64,000 nt of DNA from a virus: IMG/VR virus record IMGVR_UViG_3300021963_008193, positions 10,966 through 74,965 of that record; one strand, 5' to 3'. The first letter of the stretch is position 1; the number at the start of each line of letters is the position of its first letter. The position numbers and the translations under genes are program-made. The notes below the pieces were generated by a model. It was not told the origin of the DNA. It searched no databases and worked only from the letters and a program-made list of their open reading frames with translations. This document shows positions 1-8,811 of the stretch, piece by piece.

Positions 1-162
1 AACGTAGATTGCTTTATTAATTTCGGCTCTTTTTGTGACTGAAGGTTTAACAAAGGTTTTACGGTTATTTAACTCAGTCATTTGTCTTGTCTTAATGACT
101 TTACTTTTGTACATTTTTAGGGCTCTTTCGATATTCCCTTTTTCCACTTTGATTATTAGCAT
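1..162 (-). CDS. rpsU: 30S ribosomal protein bS21, phage-encoded (3' end runs off the window; not in ORF track)
   Basis: Manual translation from ATG at 162: MLIIKVEKGNIERALKMYKSKVIKTRQMTELNNRKTFVKPSVTKRAEINKAIYV. Has the I(E/D)RALK..K.K and F.KPS..KR motifs of Bacteroidota bS21. Confidence 0.9.
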   Translation of the reverse strand, partial: MLIIKVEKGNIERALKMYKSKVIKTRQMTELNNRKTFVKPSVTKRAEINKAIYV

Positions 163-193
163 ATATTACAAATATCTACCGATTTTGATTTAT

Positions 194-225
194 TTTGACT
201 ATTGAAACAAATATACCTATTTTTT
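194..225 (+). promoter_or_regulatory. Host-type (Bacteroidota-like) early/middle promoter
   Basis: TTTG (194-197), 20 nt, TATTTTTT (218-225). Same TTG-N20-TAnnTT spacing upstream of PolB, the SNF2 helicase and the 32121 glycosyltransferase. Confidence 0.5.
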
Positions 226-256
226 TGGAAAATAAACTATAAAAATATGGAAATTA

Positions 257-712
257 ATGAAAAAGGGGAAAACCTCACAAATCCAAGGGTTCAAAACGGC
301 TAAAGTCATCTACGGGACTGTAGATTCAATTAACTTCAGGTCACTCTACTTAAACATTCAAACATGGGTTGAACCATTTAAAGATTCTGAGAATTGGAAC
401 AGAGTTGTACTAAATCTCAGTAGACAAATTAAACACCTTGTCCATGACAGTTTAGACAGATTATTATTCGATGACAAATTTATTGTTGATTTAGATTTAC
501 GTTCAAGTGGATTAACTGTCGGAAAAAAGTCATTTCTAAATTTAGAAATAAACATTTACCTCAAAGAAACTGAAACGGATTTTAAATCTATCAGATTACG
601 AGATTCACTTAAAAAAATGGCTAAAGACATATTCCAACAAGGATTTGGTGAGAACGAGTATTTCAAATTTTATTTGAGTAAAAAAGGTAAAACTACCGAA
701 ATCTATGAATAA
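257..712 (+). CDS. Hypothetical phage protein
   Basis: 151-aa ORF with promoter and A-rich leader; no motif recognised. Confidence 0.6.
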   Translation: MKKGKTSQIQGFKTAKVIYGTVDSINFRSLYLNIQTWVEPFKDSENWNRVVLNLSRQIKHLVHDSLDRLLFDDKFIVDLDLRSSGLTVGKKSFLNLEINIYLKETETDFKSIRLRDSLKKMAKDIFQQGFGENEYFKFYLSKKGKTTEIYE

Positions 713-749
713 ACCAACAATCTTTAATATTTATTATTAAAAAATAAAG

Positions 750-1472
750 ATGAGTTTACAAGTTTTAAAACCTGGCCAATCGGGTAAGGGAATATTGATA
801 GAATACGATGCGGGATACGTATCACCAACAACGGAGAACAATTCATACATTATGGAATCTAAAACTATGTTAGACCATTCCAAACCGTTTGAGTTTTATG
901 CCGTACTACAAAAATATAATACCCCAAACAGAAATGGTAGAATATACCCTGAACGTATATTAAAAAGAGAAGCGGATAATTATAAAAAAATGATTGAGAA
1001 GGGGACTTCATTGTCAGAGTTAAATCACCCTGAATCTTCATTGATTGATTTAGATAGAGTTTCTCATATTATCACAGAAGTTTGGTGGGACGGACCAACA
1101 TTAATGGGTAAGTTAAAATTACTTACAAGTCCAGGATTCCATGAGAGAGGTATTGTATCAACTAAAGGTGATATGGCGGCAAACTATTTAAGACAAGGTG
1201 TAACACTTGGTATCTCATCAAGAGGAGTTGGTTCACTAAAAAAAGTAGGGGAACAAAATGAAGTACAGGATGATTTTGAATTAATTTGTTTCGACTTAGT
1301 TTCTTCACCTTCGACACCAGGAGCGTATCTTTTCTTAAATCCTGAAGATAAAAACAACTTTGAGGAGAATCTTGAAGAGGAAAAGAAAATGTCGGTTGAA
1401 AGAAATGTTGGAGCGTCGGGAAACAAATCACTTGACTTAATGAAGAAATTATCCGATTATTTAGGATATTAA
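750..1472 (+). CDS. Prohead core protease (T4 gp21-like)
   Basis: NRNGRIYP, ELNHP, VSH, GISSRGVGS and FDLVSSPSTPGA motifs; lies upstream of scaffold and capsid genes. Confidence 0.93.
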   Translation: MSLQVLKPGQSGKGILIEYDAGYVSPTTENNSYIMESKTMLDHSKPFEFYAVLQKYNTPNRNGRIYPERILKREADNYKKMIEKGTSLSELNHPESSLIDLDRVSHIITEVWWDGPTLMGKLKLLTSPGFHERGIVSTKGDMAANYLRQGVTLGISSRGVGSLKKVGEQNEVQDDFELICFDLVSSPSTPGAYLFLNPEDKNNFEENLEEEKKMSVERNVGASGNKSLDLMKKLSDYLGY

Positions 1473-1485
1473 ACAAAAAAACATT

Positions 1486-1698
1486 ATGGACGAAAAGTAT
1501 TTTATTGCAAAAGTAACAATTGACTCAGTTGATTCTGAATCAGGAAAAGTTAAAAAATTAAGAGAGGAAAAATTAGTTAGAGGATATAGCCCGACAGATG
1601 TTGAGGCAAAAGTAACTAAGGTTTTTGAAACGTATTCTCAAGATTGGAGAATTACGGCAATTGTTGAAAGTAAAATTGATGAAGTGATAGAAGATTAA
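1486..1698 (+). CDS. Small protein resembling Bacteroidota DUF4494
   Basis: YFIAKV...GKVKKLREEKLV...S.TDVEAKV pattern, recognised by eye. Confidence 0.5.
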   Translation: MDEKYFIAKVTIDSVDSESGKVKKLREEKLVRGYSPTDVEAKVTKVFETYSQDWRITAIVESKIDEVIED

Positions 1699-1717
1699 AA
1701 ATTTCAATAATTAAATT

Positions 1718-1747
1718 AAAAGGAGACTCAAAAGGTCTCCTTTTTTT
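1718..1747 (+). terminator. Intrinsic terminator
   Basis: AAAAGGAGAC-TCAAAAG-GTCTCCTTTTTTT hairpin plus T-tract. Confidence 0.85.
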
Positions 1748-1862
1748 ATTTTTCTCATTTTGGGTAATATTTATTAAGGAATAAATAATCCACTGTCAAA
1801 TTAGTTTTATTTAAACTTTTTTGGTAAATGGTAATATTTATTATAAAAATATAAAACGCAAA

Positions 1863-3440
1863 ATGGCAAAAGAAAAATCATTAGTAGAAGATGCAATCAT
1901 TCAAATGAAAAATTTGGAGGAAGCGGTTGCCGAAAATGCAAAAGGAATACTTGCTTCAACAATGAAACAAGAAATCAAAGAATTGGTAAAAGAATCTCTA
2001 TTCGAACAAGAAGATGAAGATGAGATTGACGCAGATGTTGATGCTGACATGGAAGACATGGACGCTGAGGCAGATAACCAAGATATGGACGTTGAAGATG
2101 ACATGGACATGGACCCTGAAATGATGGGTGATGACATGGAAGAACCAATTGACTTAACTGGCAAATCAGACGAAGAAGTTCTTCGTGTATTTCAGTTGAT
2201 GGGTCCTGAGGATAATATCGTAGTAACAAAAGATACTAACGGTAACATTAACCTTAAAGACAACGAAGCTAATAAAGAATACATGATTGTTGGTGAAAGC
2301 GAAGAGGAAATGGAATTTAATGAAATGTGGGATGAGGAAGAAGAAGAAGACTTCTCATTTGACGATGAAGATGAATCTATTGACGAAATTGTTTCTAAAG
2401 TTTTTGGCGAGGACGACTCTGAAGAAATGGACATGGACATGATGGAAGAAGATGAAATGGACATGGAAGACATGATGGAACAAGAAGATGATGAATTAAT
2501 GGGTGACGCTGATATCGACAGTGAAGAAGAAATCGTTTACGAAATTTCTTTTGACGATGATGAAGCAGAATTAGACGAATGGGGACATTCTGAAAACCAA
2601 TTCATGAAACATCACTTTAACATGGATGACGAAGAAGACATGGATGACGAAGAAGAAATGGATTTTTCATTTGATGATGAAGAAGATATGGACGAAGAAG
2701 ACATGGATTTTGAAGCAATGATGGAATCTAAAAAGTCAATCAAACCAAAAGGAGTTGGAATGGGAAAAGGTCCTAACGTAAAAGTTTACCACGAAAAACC
2801 AAATCAAGGAACAGGTTTCAAAACAAAAATGAAACAAGGTCCAAAATCGGTTGGAACAGGTAAAGCGAAATTTGAATATAAAGAAGGTGAAAACTCAGGT
2901 GACAAACTTGGAAAAAACAAGATGGTCAAAAAAGTTGAAACCAAAGAAGGAGTTAGAACATTAGGTGCAGGAAGTAGAGCAGGAAGAAAAGGTGGTTTAC
3001 CAAAACCAAGAGCAGGTTCTGCATTTAACACGGCACTTAAAGAAAGTAACTCAAGAGAATTACAAGTTCTTAGAGAAAAGAATGAAGAATACAGAAAAGC
3101 GTTAAACATCTTCAGAAATAAATTGAATGAGGTTGCGGTATTCAACTCAAACTTAGCATACGCTACACGTTTGTTTACAGAACACTCAACATCTAAACAA
3201 GAAAAAATCAATATATTAAGAAGATTTGACGGTGTAGAAACAATCAAAGAATCTAAAGGACTATACAAAGTCATTAAAGATGAACTTTCAACTACAACAA
3301 GTCAACCAATGAATGAGTCATTTGAACGTAAAATCCAAAGCGTTCCTACAACAGGTTCGGCAGTTAACTTAATTGAGTCAAAAACATATGAAAATCCTCA
3401 ATTCCTTAGAATGAAAGATTTAATGGCTAAAATTAAATAA
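1863..3440 (+). CDS. Prohead core/scaffolding protein (highly acidic)
   Basis: Between protease and capsid genes; long D/E/M-rich region, C-terminal coiled coil, many (L/I)xE sites. Start moved to ATG 1863, after TATTTAT at 1835-1841. Confidence 0.8.
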   Translation: MAKEKSLVEDAIIQMKNLEEAVAENAKGILASTMKQEIKELVKESLFEQEDEDEIDADVDADMEDMDAEADNQDMDVEDDMDMDPEMMGDDMEEPIDLTGKSDEEVLRVFQLMGPEDNIVVTKDTNGNINLKDNEANKEYMIVGESEEEMEFNEMWDEEEEEDFSFDDEDESIDEIVSKVFGEDDSEEMDMDMMEEDEMDMEDMMEQEDDELMGDADIDSEEEIVYEISFDDDEAELDEWGHSENQFMKHHFNMDDEEDMDDEEEMDFSFDDEEDMDEEDMDFEAMMESKKSIKPKGVGMGKGPNVKVYHEKPNQGTGFKTKMKQGPKSVGTGKAKFEYKEGENSGDKLGKNKMVKKVETKEGVRTLGAGSRAGRKGGLPKPRAGSAFNTALKESNSRELQVLREKNEEYRKALNIFRNKLNEVAVFNSNLAYATRLFTEHSTSKQEKINILRRFDGVETIKESKGLYKVIKDELSTTTSQPMNESFERKIQSVPTTGSAVNLIESKTYENPQFLRMKDLMAKIK

Positions 3441-3473
3441 AAAATAAACTAAAAACAAATAAAAAACCAAAAA

Positions 3474-5375
3474 ATGGGAGCATTATTAGAATCAGGTCTT
3501 GTTGGTAACATCGGGTTAAAACACCTTAAAGTTATCAAAGAAGATACTATCAACAAATGGGATAAATTAGGATTCCTTGAAGGTCTTAGAGGCCACCTAA
3601 AAGAAAACGTAGCACAGTTGTATGAAAACCAAGCGTCTTTCTTAATCAACGAGGCTACATCAGAAGGGTCATCAGGTTCTTTCGAAACTGTTGTATTCCC
3701 TATCGTTAGACGTGTATTCTCTAAATTATTAGCGAACGACATCGTATCTGTACAAGCTATGAACTTACCTATCGGTAAATTGTTCTACTTCGTACCTAAA
3801 ATCCAAGGTTATAATGGAGGTCAAGTTCAAGGACCAGCAAATGATTACGCAGGTGAATCAGGAGCACATTACGCACCAATTGGAGCACCTAATGGACCAA
3901 CTGCTGCAGATGGTCAAGCAGGTATTGGTTACGGTCAAAACTCAACTTACGGTAAGAAAAATCTTTATGATTTATTTTACGAAGGTAACGAAGGTCAATT
4001 AGACCCTCCAGGATTATTTGATTACTCTAAAGGTCAATGGTCAGCAATGACAGTTGATACAACTTTACAAGTTTGGTCAAATGGTAGTTTACAAGACTCT
4101 AACGGAACCGATTTTGATAATCAAAACGTTAGAAAAGTAATTATCTCTATGTGTGGATTCGCATCTGCAGGTTCAGGTAAATTAATCGGACCTGATGGTA
4201 ATGAGTATGACTCAGAAACTTTCTTAGCTGATTTAAGAATTTATGCTAACGGTACTGCTAATGATGGTACTTGGTCAGCTGACACAGGATGTCAAGTTGC
4301 ATTTGGTGCACAAGGTCCAAATTCATTATTGTTTAGAGTTGTTACTCAACAATACGGACAAGGAATCGTTAATGGTTTAAATAATAGAGCTCAAGCACCT
4401 TGGCCTACTAACGGTGGTAACATCGAAGGTGGTGGTAACGGTGGTTACTTTAACGACATCTGTTCACCAACAGGTTGTATCTATTTAGAAGTTGACTTAT
4501 CATGTCCAGTATGTGCTGATTGTGGTGGTGGTACTTTAGATGGTTACACAGGAACTACACTTGGTGCTAATGTTGACCCTAACGCGTTCTCTGCAGTATT
4601 TAGACGTTACAAAGAATTAGAATTTGAAGACAAAATCGGTGAGGTTTCTTTCGAATTGGATTCTGTAACAGTTTCTGTAACTGAAAGAAAATTAAGAGCA
4701 CAATGGTCTCCTGAGTTAGCTCAAGACGTTGCGGCTTTCCATAACATCGACGCTGAGGCTGAGTTAACTGCATTGTTATCTGAGCAAGTTGCAGCTGAGA
4801 TTGACCGTGAAATTTTACGTGACTTACGTAAAGGAGCGGCTTGGAATTTACGTTGGGACTACAACGGATGGAGAAGAATCCAAAACACAACTAACTACAC
4901 TCAAAAAGATTGGAACCAAACATTGATTACTGCAATCAATCAGTTGTCAGCACAAATCCACAAATCTACTTTAAGAGGTGGAGCTAACTGGATTGTTGTT
5001 TCTTCTGAGGTTTCTGCAATCTTTGATGATTTAGAATACTTCCACGTATCTAACGCGTCTCCTGAGCAAGACCAATACAACATGGGTATTGAAAGAGTTG
5101 GTACATTAGCTGGTCGTTACCAAGTTTACCGTGACCCTTACTTCCCACCAAACCAAGTTTTGATTGGACACAAAGGAACGTCATTGTTAGACACAGGTTA
5201 CATCTACGCACCATACGTACCATTACAATTAACACCTACAATGTATAACCCATTCAACTTCACACCTATCAAAGGTATTATGACAAGATACGCTAAGAAA
5301 ATGGTTAATAACCGTTTCTACGGACGTATCACTGTTGATGGAGTACGTACATTTGATTTAAGAGAATTGAGATAA
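3474..5375 (+). CDS. Major capsid protein (T4 gp23-like)
   Basis: IVSVQAMNLPIGKLFY, RKLRAQWSPELAQD, AEAELTALLSEQVAAEIDREIL, GYIYAPYVPL and GIMTRY motifs; probable maturation site LINE60|A61. Confidence 0.96.
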   Translation: MGALLESGLVGNIGLKHLKVIKEDTINKWDKLGFLEGLRGHLKENVAQLYENQASFLINEATSEGSSGSFETVVFPIVRRVFSKLLANDIVSVQAMNLPIGKLFYFVPKIQGYNGGQVQGPANDYAGESGAHYAPIGAPNGPTAADGQAGIGYGQNSTYGKKNLYDLFYEGNEGQLDPPGLFDYSKGQWSAMTVDTTLQVWSNGSLQDSNGTDFDNQNVRKVIISMCGFASAGSGKLIGPDGNEYDSETFLADLRIYANGTANDGTWSADTGCQVAFGAQGPNSLLFRVVTQQYGQGIVNGLNNRAQAPWPTNGGNIEGGGNGGYFNDICSPTGCIYLEVDLSCPVCADCGGGTLDGYTGTTLGANVDPNAFSAVFRRYKELEFEDKIGEVSFELDSVTVSVTERKLRAQWSPELAQDVAAFHNIDAEAELTALLSEQVAAEIDREILRDLRKGAAWNLRWDYNGWRRIQNTTNYTQKDWNQTLITAINQLSAQIHKSTLRGGANWIVVSSEVSAIFDDLEYFHVSNASPEQDQYNMGIERVGTLAGRYQVYRDPYFPPNQVLIGHKGTSLLDTGYIYAPYVPLQLTPTMYNPFNFTPIKGIMTRYAKKMVNNRFYGRITVDGVRTFDLRELR

Positions 5376-5397
5376 TCAACAACTTAAAATAACCCTC

Positions 5398-5428
5398 AAA
5401 AGGAGACAAGAAATTGTCTCCTTTTTTT
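5398..5428 (+). terminator. Intrinsic terminator after capsid gene
   Basis: AAAAGGAGACAA-GAAA-TTGTCTCCTTTTTTT; same stem core as the 1718 terminator. Confidence 0.9.
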
Positions 5429-5541
5429 ATTTCATATGTTTTGCTAATTAAATGGTTAGATTTATTCATAACAATATTTATTTTATGGTTAACTATCGTC
5501 AATATTATGTTGTTAAATAATACTTATTAAAAAAGTCATTT

Positions 5542-7677
5542 ATGAAAAAAATACTAATCTTATTATCATTTCTAATTACCTCATCAATATTCTCACAGGT
5601 TAGTTACTACACATTTAGTGAAACTACGGGTACATACACATCAATAGTTGCTGGTACACAATTAGTAACAACTACAGGGGGTGCAACCGCTTATGATACT
5701 GACGGTAGTTATTTCACCCTACCCGTAGGTTCCCAATTTATATTTAATGGTACAACTATAACATCAGTTAATATGACCGCCGATGGTTCGGTTTGGTTAA
5801 ATCCAAATACTACAACAACAGGTAATAATGTTACAGGACCAATATCCTCTGCAGGAGTTGCTTCAGGAGTAATATCTGCGATGGGTATGGATTTAAGAAG
5901 TACCGCGATTTCAAGTCAAGTATATGAAAGAAGATGGCAAGATAACGGTACTGAAGTTATATTCCAATGGCAAAATGTTGCTAGATACTCAACAACAACA
6001 CCCTTTGTACAAAATGAAAGATTCTCATTTCAAGTAAGGGTAAATAAATCTACAGGGGTTGTTCGTATCATTTATGGTAATATGACCACAATTACTAGTA
6101 GTACTCAATATACACCTATGGTTGGTTTAAGAGGGTCTGTAAATACTGATTTTAATAATAGAAGATTAACAAATGCAATTCCTGATGCAACACCAAATTG
6201 GGGAGCACCGAATGGAACAACTGCAGGTACATCAAACGCACATACGGTTAGATTTACATCAACAGGGACCTGTTACCCAACTTCGGGATTAACATTTATA
6301 TGGACACCACCTGCGGTTCCATCAAATGACGCTTGTTCTAACGCCTCATTATTAACATTACAATGTCCTGGTTCCACCACAGGAACTATTGGGACGACTA
6401 TCGGTTCTATAACTACTGATGGGTTACCAAATCCTTCTTGTGATGCCACAGGAACTATTAGAGATGTGTGGTATTATTTTAATACGGGAAATAATACTGA
6501 AATGAACCTTTATGCGTCATTAGGGACCTCAACATGGATTGGTGTTGAAATTTATACTACTTGTGGTACATTGGCAACAGGATTAAATACTACATGTGAT
6601 TTTAATTTAATTTCACCAAATCCAACAAATATAACAGGTCTTTTAATGAATACAACATATCGTTTAAGAATTTTTACAAATGTGTCATATGACACTCCAG
6701 GAACTTTTACAATATATTTAAATACTGTAAATAATACATCAACACTTTCTTCAATAACAGGAACTGATAACCAAACTGTTTGTCAAAACACTTCAATAAC
6801 TAATATTACTTATAACACAAAAGGTGCGACAGGTTCTACCTTTTCAGGATTACCAACGGGAGTGTCGGGAAGTTGGAATAGTAATGTAGTAACGATTACG
6901 GGAACTCCATTAGTTTCAGGTACGTTTAATTATGTTATAACTCTTACGGGTGGTTGCGGTACAGTCACATCAAATGGTGCTATAACCGTCAATCCTACAG
7001 TTGTAACTATTTCATCAATAACAGGTAATCCAAACATAATTGCAGGTACAACTGAAAATTACTCAATACCGTCAGACCCAAATGCAACAACATATCAATG
7101 GGATTATAGGGAAAGTAGTACATCAAGTTGGGTCACTAATGTTTCAAACACTAACTCAGTAAGTATTACTTGGCCAACAACAACAACTGATGGTGAAGTT
7201 AAGATTACAGTGTCAAATAGTTGTAATACGGTAAATAAAAATTTGTTAATCCATGTTGACGGTATCCTACCTGTTGAATTACTGTATTTTGAAGGTAAAC
7301 CCGTTTCAAATACTAACTACTTATATTGGTCAACCGCGTCAGAACATAACTCAGATTATTTTGAAATTCTACACAGTGTGAATGGTGAAGTATGGGAATC
7401 TATTGGACAAATTACTTCATCAGGTAATTCAACAATCAAAAACGACTATCACTATTATCATAACTCACCCGAACACGTATTTAATTATTACATATTAAAA
7501 CAAGTTGATTATGATGGTGTGTATAAAACCTATAATCCAATTGTGATTAATAACAGAATTAAAGACAAAAAAATTATAAAGTACACTAACATCCTTGGAC
7601 AAGAAGTGGGACCAAATGAAAATGGTGTTATTTTTATCACTTATGAGGATAATTCAGTGATAAAAACCGTAAAATAA
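5542..7677 (+). CDS. Secreted Bacteroidota-type surface protein, T9SS-cargo-like
   Basis: Sec signal peptide MKKILILLSFLITSSIFS|Q; beta-rich domains; PSNDACSNA motif; LPVELLYF...W.TASE.NSDYFEI domain; CTD-like tail YTNILGQEV...GVIFITY.D...K.VK. Confidence 0.75.
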   Translation: MKKILILLSFLITSSIFSQVSYYTFSETTGTYTSIVAGTQLVTTTGGATAYDTDGSYFTLPVGSQFIFNGTTITSVNMTADGSVWLNPNTTTTGNNVTGPISSAGVASGVISAMGMDLRSTAISSQVYERRWQDNGTEVIFQWQNVARYSTTTPFVQNERFSFQVRVNKSTGVVRIIYGNMTTITSSTQYTPMVGLRGSVNTDFNNRRLTNAIPDATPNWGAPNGTTAGTSNAHTVRFTSTGTCYPTSGLTFIWTPPAVPSNDACSNASLLTLQCPGSTTGTIGTTIGSITTDGLPNPSCDATGTIRDVWYYFNTGNNTEMNLYASLGTSTWIGVEIYTTCGTLATGLNTTCDFNLISPNPTNITGLLMNTTYRLRIFTNVSYDTPGTFTIYLNTVNNTSTLSSITGTDNQTVCQNTSITNITYNTKGATGSTFSGLPTGVSGSWNSNVVTITGTPLVSGTFNYVITLTGGCGTVTSNGAITVNPTVVTISSITGNPNIIAGTTENYSIPSDPNATTYQWDYRESSTSSWVTNVSNTNSVSITWPTTTTDGEVKITVSNSCNTVNKNLLIHVDGILPVELLYFEGKPVSNTNYLYWSTASEHNSDYFEILHSVNGEVWESIGQITSSGNSTIKNDYHYYHNSPEHVFNYYILKQVDYDGVYKTYNPIVINNRIKDKKIIKYTNILGQEVGPNENGVIFITYEDNSVIKTVK

Positions 7678-7691
7678 AAGTATTTATATGT

Positions 7692-8108
7692 ATGAATACT
7701 TTAAGAGGATTAATTAAGGAAAATCTTTTATTAGAAAAACGAATTGGGCAAATCTCGGCCAATTTTGAGATTGTGTTTGGTTTTGATGTAATTACCACTA
7801 AACATTCTAAAGATAGAAGTGGTGGTAGAGAAGAACTCGAGGGATACAACCAAAGACCTGTCGATAATAAAGAAATTGTTGAGGTTCTTAATATGTTCAA
7901 GAAAGACATTGCCGAAAAAATTATCATGGGAGAAATAAAAGACCAAGAAAATTTTGTGGTAATTTCAAATCAATGGGAATTAGCCATGGCAATTATCCCT
8001 GAAAAAGAATCGAACACTTATTGGAAATTAATAGTTAGAACAGTATTTAGACAATCAGATACTCATAAGTTCTTATATGGAAGAAACCAAGTGGTTTTGG
8101 AAAAATAA
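7692..8108 (+). CDS. Hypothetical protein with (L/I)xE leader; possible DUF4258/BECR-like RNase fold
   Basis: Leader MNTLRGLIKENLLLE; TKHSKDR and terminal LIVRTVFR resemble the HAxxR...VxTV pattern. Fold is inferred. Confidence 0.4.
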   Translation: MNTLRGLIKENLLLEKRIGQISANFEIVFGFDVITTKHSKDRSGGREELEGYNQRPVDNKEIVEVLNMFKKDIAEKIIMGEIKDQENFVVISNQWELAMAIIPEKESNTYWKLIVRTVFRQSDTHKFLYGRNQVVLEK

Positions 8109-8186
8109 ATGAGGGTTGTATCTAAATCGTTGCCTCCCCCATTTCCTGTAATTAATTGTATCTAAATCGTTACCTTCAATCACAGT
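8101..8186 (-). ncRNA. Candidate structured small RNA with two hairpins carrying near-identical 20-nt loops
   Basis: Stems 8185-8176/8155-8146 and 8144-8136/8115-8107; loops AGG(U/C)AACGAUUUAGAUACAA; G-U pairs work only on the minus strand; promoter directly upstream and U-tract downstream. Confidence 0.7.
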
Positions 8187-8187
8187 A

Positions 8188-8218
8188 CAAAGATACACAT
8201 TTTTCGGACATTTACAAA
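8188..8218 (-). promoter_or_regulatory. Consensus Bacteroidota -33/-7 promoter
   Basis: Minus strand TTTG (8218-8215), 19 nt, TATCTTTG (8195-8188); matches TTTG-N19-21-TAnnTTTG. Confidence 0.8.
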
Positions 8219-8260
8219 CTTTTTTTATCTAATTCGGGATATTTATATAAAAAAGTTAAA

Positions 8261-8785
8261 ATGAAAAGATTAATCATAAATGAAAGTGAACGAGAGTTAA
8301 TTAAACTACTTCATGAATCCGCGATTAAAAAAGAAAAAAGAAATTTAATTTCCGAGGCTAACGGTCAGTCTAAAGAAGAATACCAAGCATGTATCAAACA
8401 AATGGGGTCCCCATCCCCAACTACCTCAGGACAATGGAGTATTGGTGGAATTAGGTCATTAAAAGGATATCAATTCTATTCCAACATGAGGGTTAGGAAA
8501 CCTGATGGAGGAATGACTAACTACTCATGTTCAGGTAATAAAATAGTTATTGATGGTAAAACCTATACAGTATCAAATGGTACTAAAAAAAGTTATAGTT
8601 ATTACATTAAACAAGCTCAAACATTGTTAGGTGTTCCTACAACAGGTATTGTTGATGATAAAACATTAGAAGCCGCTAAGACAAAACTTGGAGGAGGTGC
8701 AACACCATCCTCAACAACTGATTCATCATCAACAACTACAACAACAACGGTTGCACCTGTTACAACAACAAGTTTAGACCTTTAA
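8261..8785 (+). CDS. Putative virion protein with leader, PG-binding-like motif and Thr-rich tail
   Basis: Start reassigned to ATG 8261 after TATTTAT 8240-8246. Leader MKRLIINESERELIKLLHE...LISE|A; motif IKQAQTLLGVPTTGIVDDKTLEA. Confidence 0.6.
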   Translation: MKRLIINESERELIKLLHESAIKKEKRNLISEANGQSKEEYQACIKQMGSPSPTTSGQWSIGGIRSLKGYQFYSNMRVRKPDGGMTNYSCSGNKIVIDGKTYTVSNGTKKSYSYYIKQAQTLLGVPTTGIVDDKTLEAAKTKLGGGATPSSTTDSSSTTTTTTVAPVTTTSLDL

Positions 8786-8811
8786 AAAAAAATAATTAAA
8801 AACGTAAAACA

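Noticed and set aside
8116-8175. Mini CRISPR array (20-bp repeat x2)
   Set aside because: Only two copies with a 20-nt gap that itself forms the stems; no cas genes in the window. A two-hairpin RNA explains it better.
8156-8260. N-terminal extension of ORF 8156-8785 from a TTG start
   Set aside because: Overlaps the promoter and RNA. ATG 8261 follows the TATTTAT motif and gives a leader like its paralogue.
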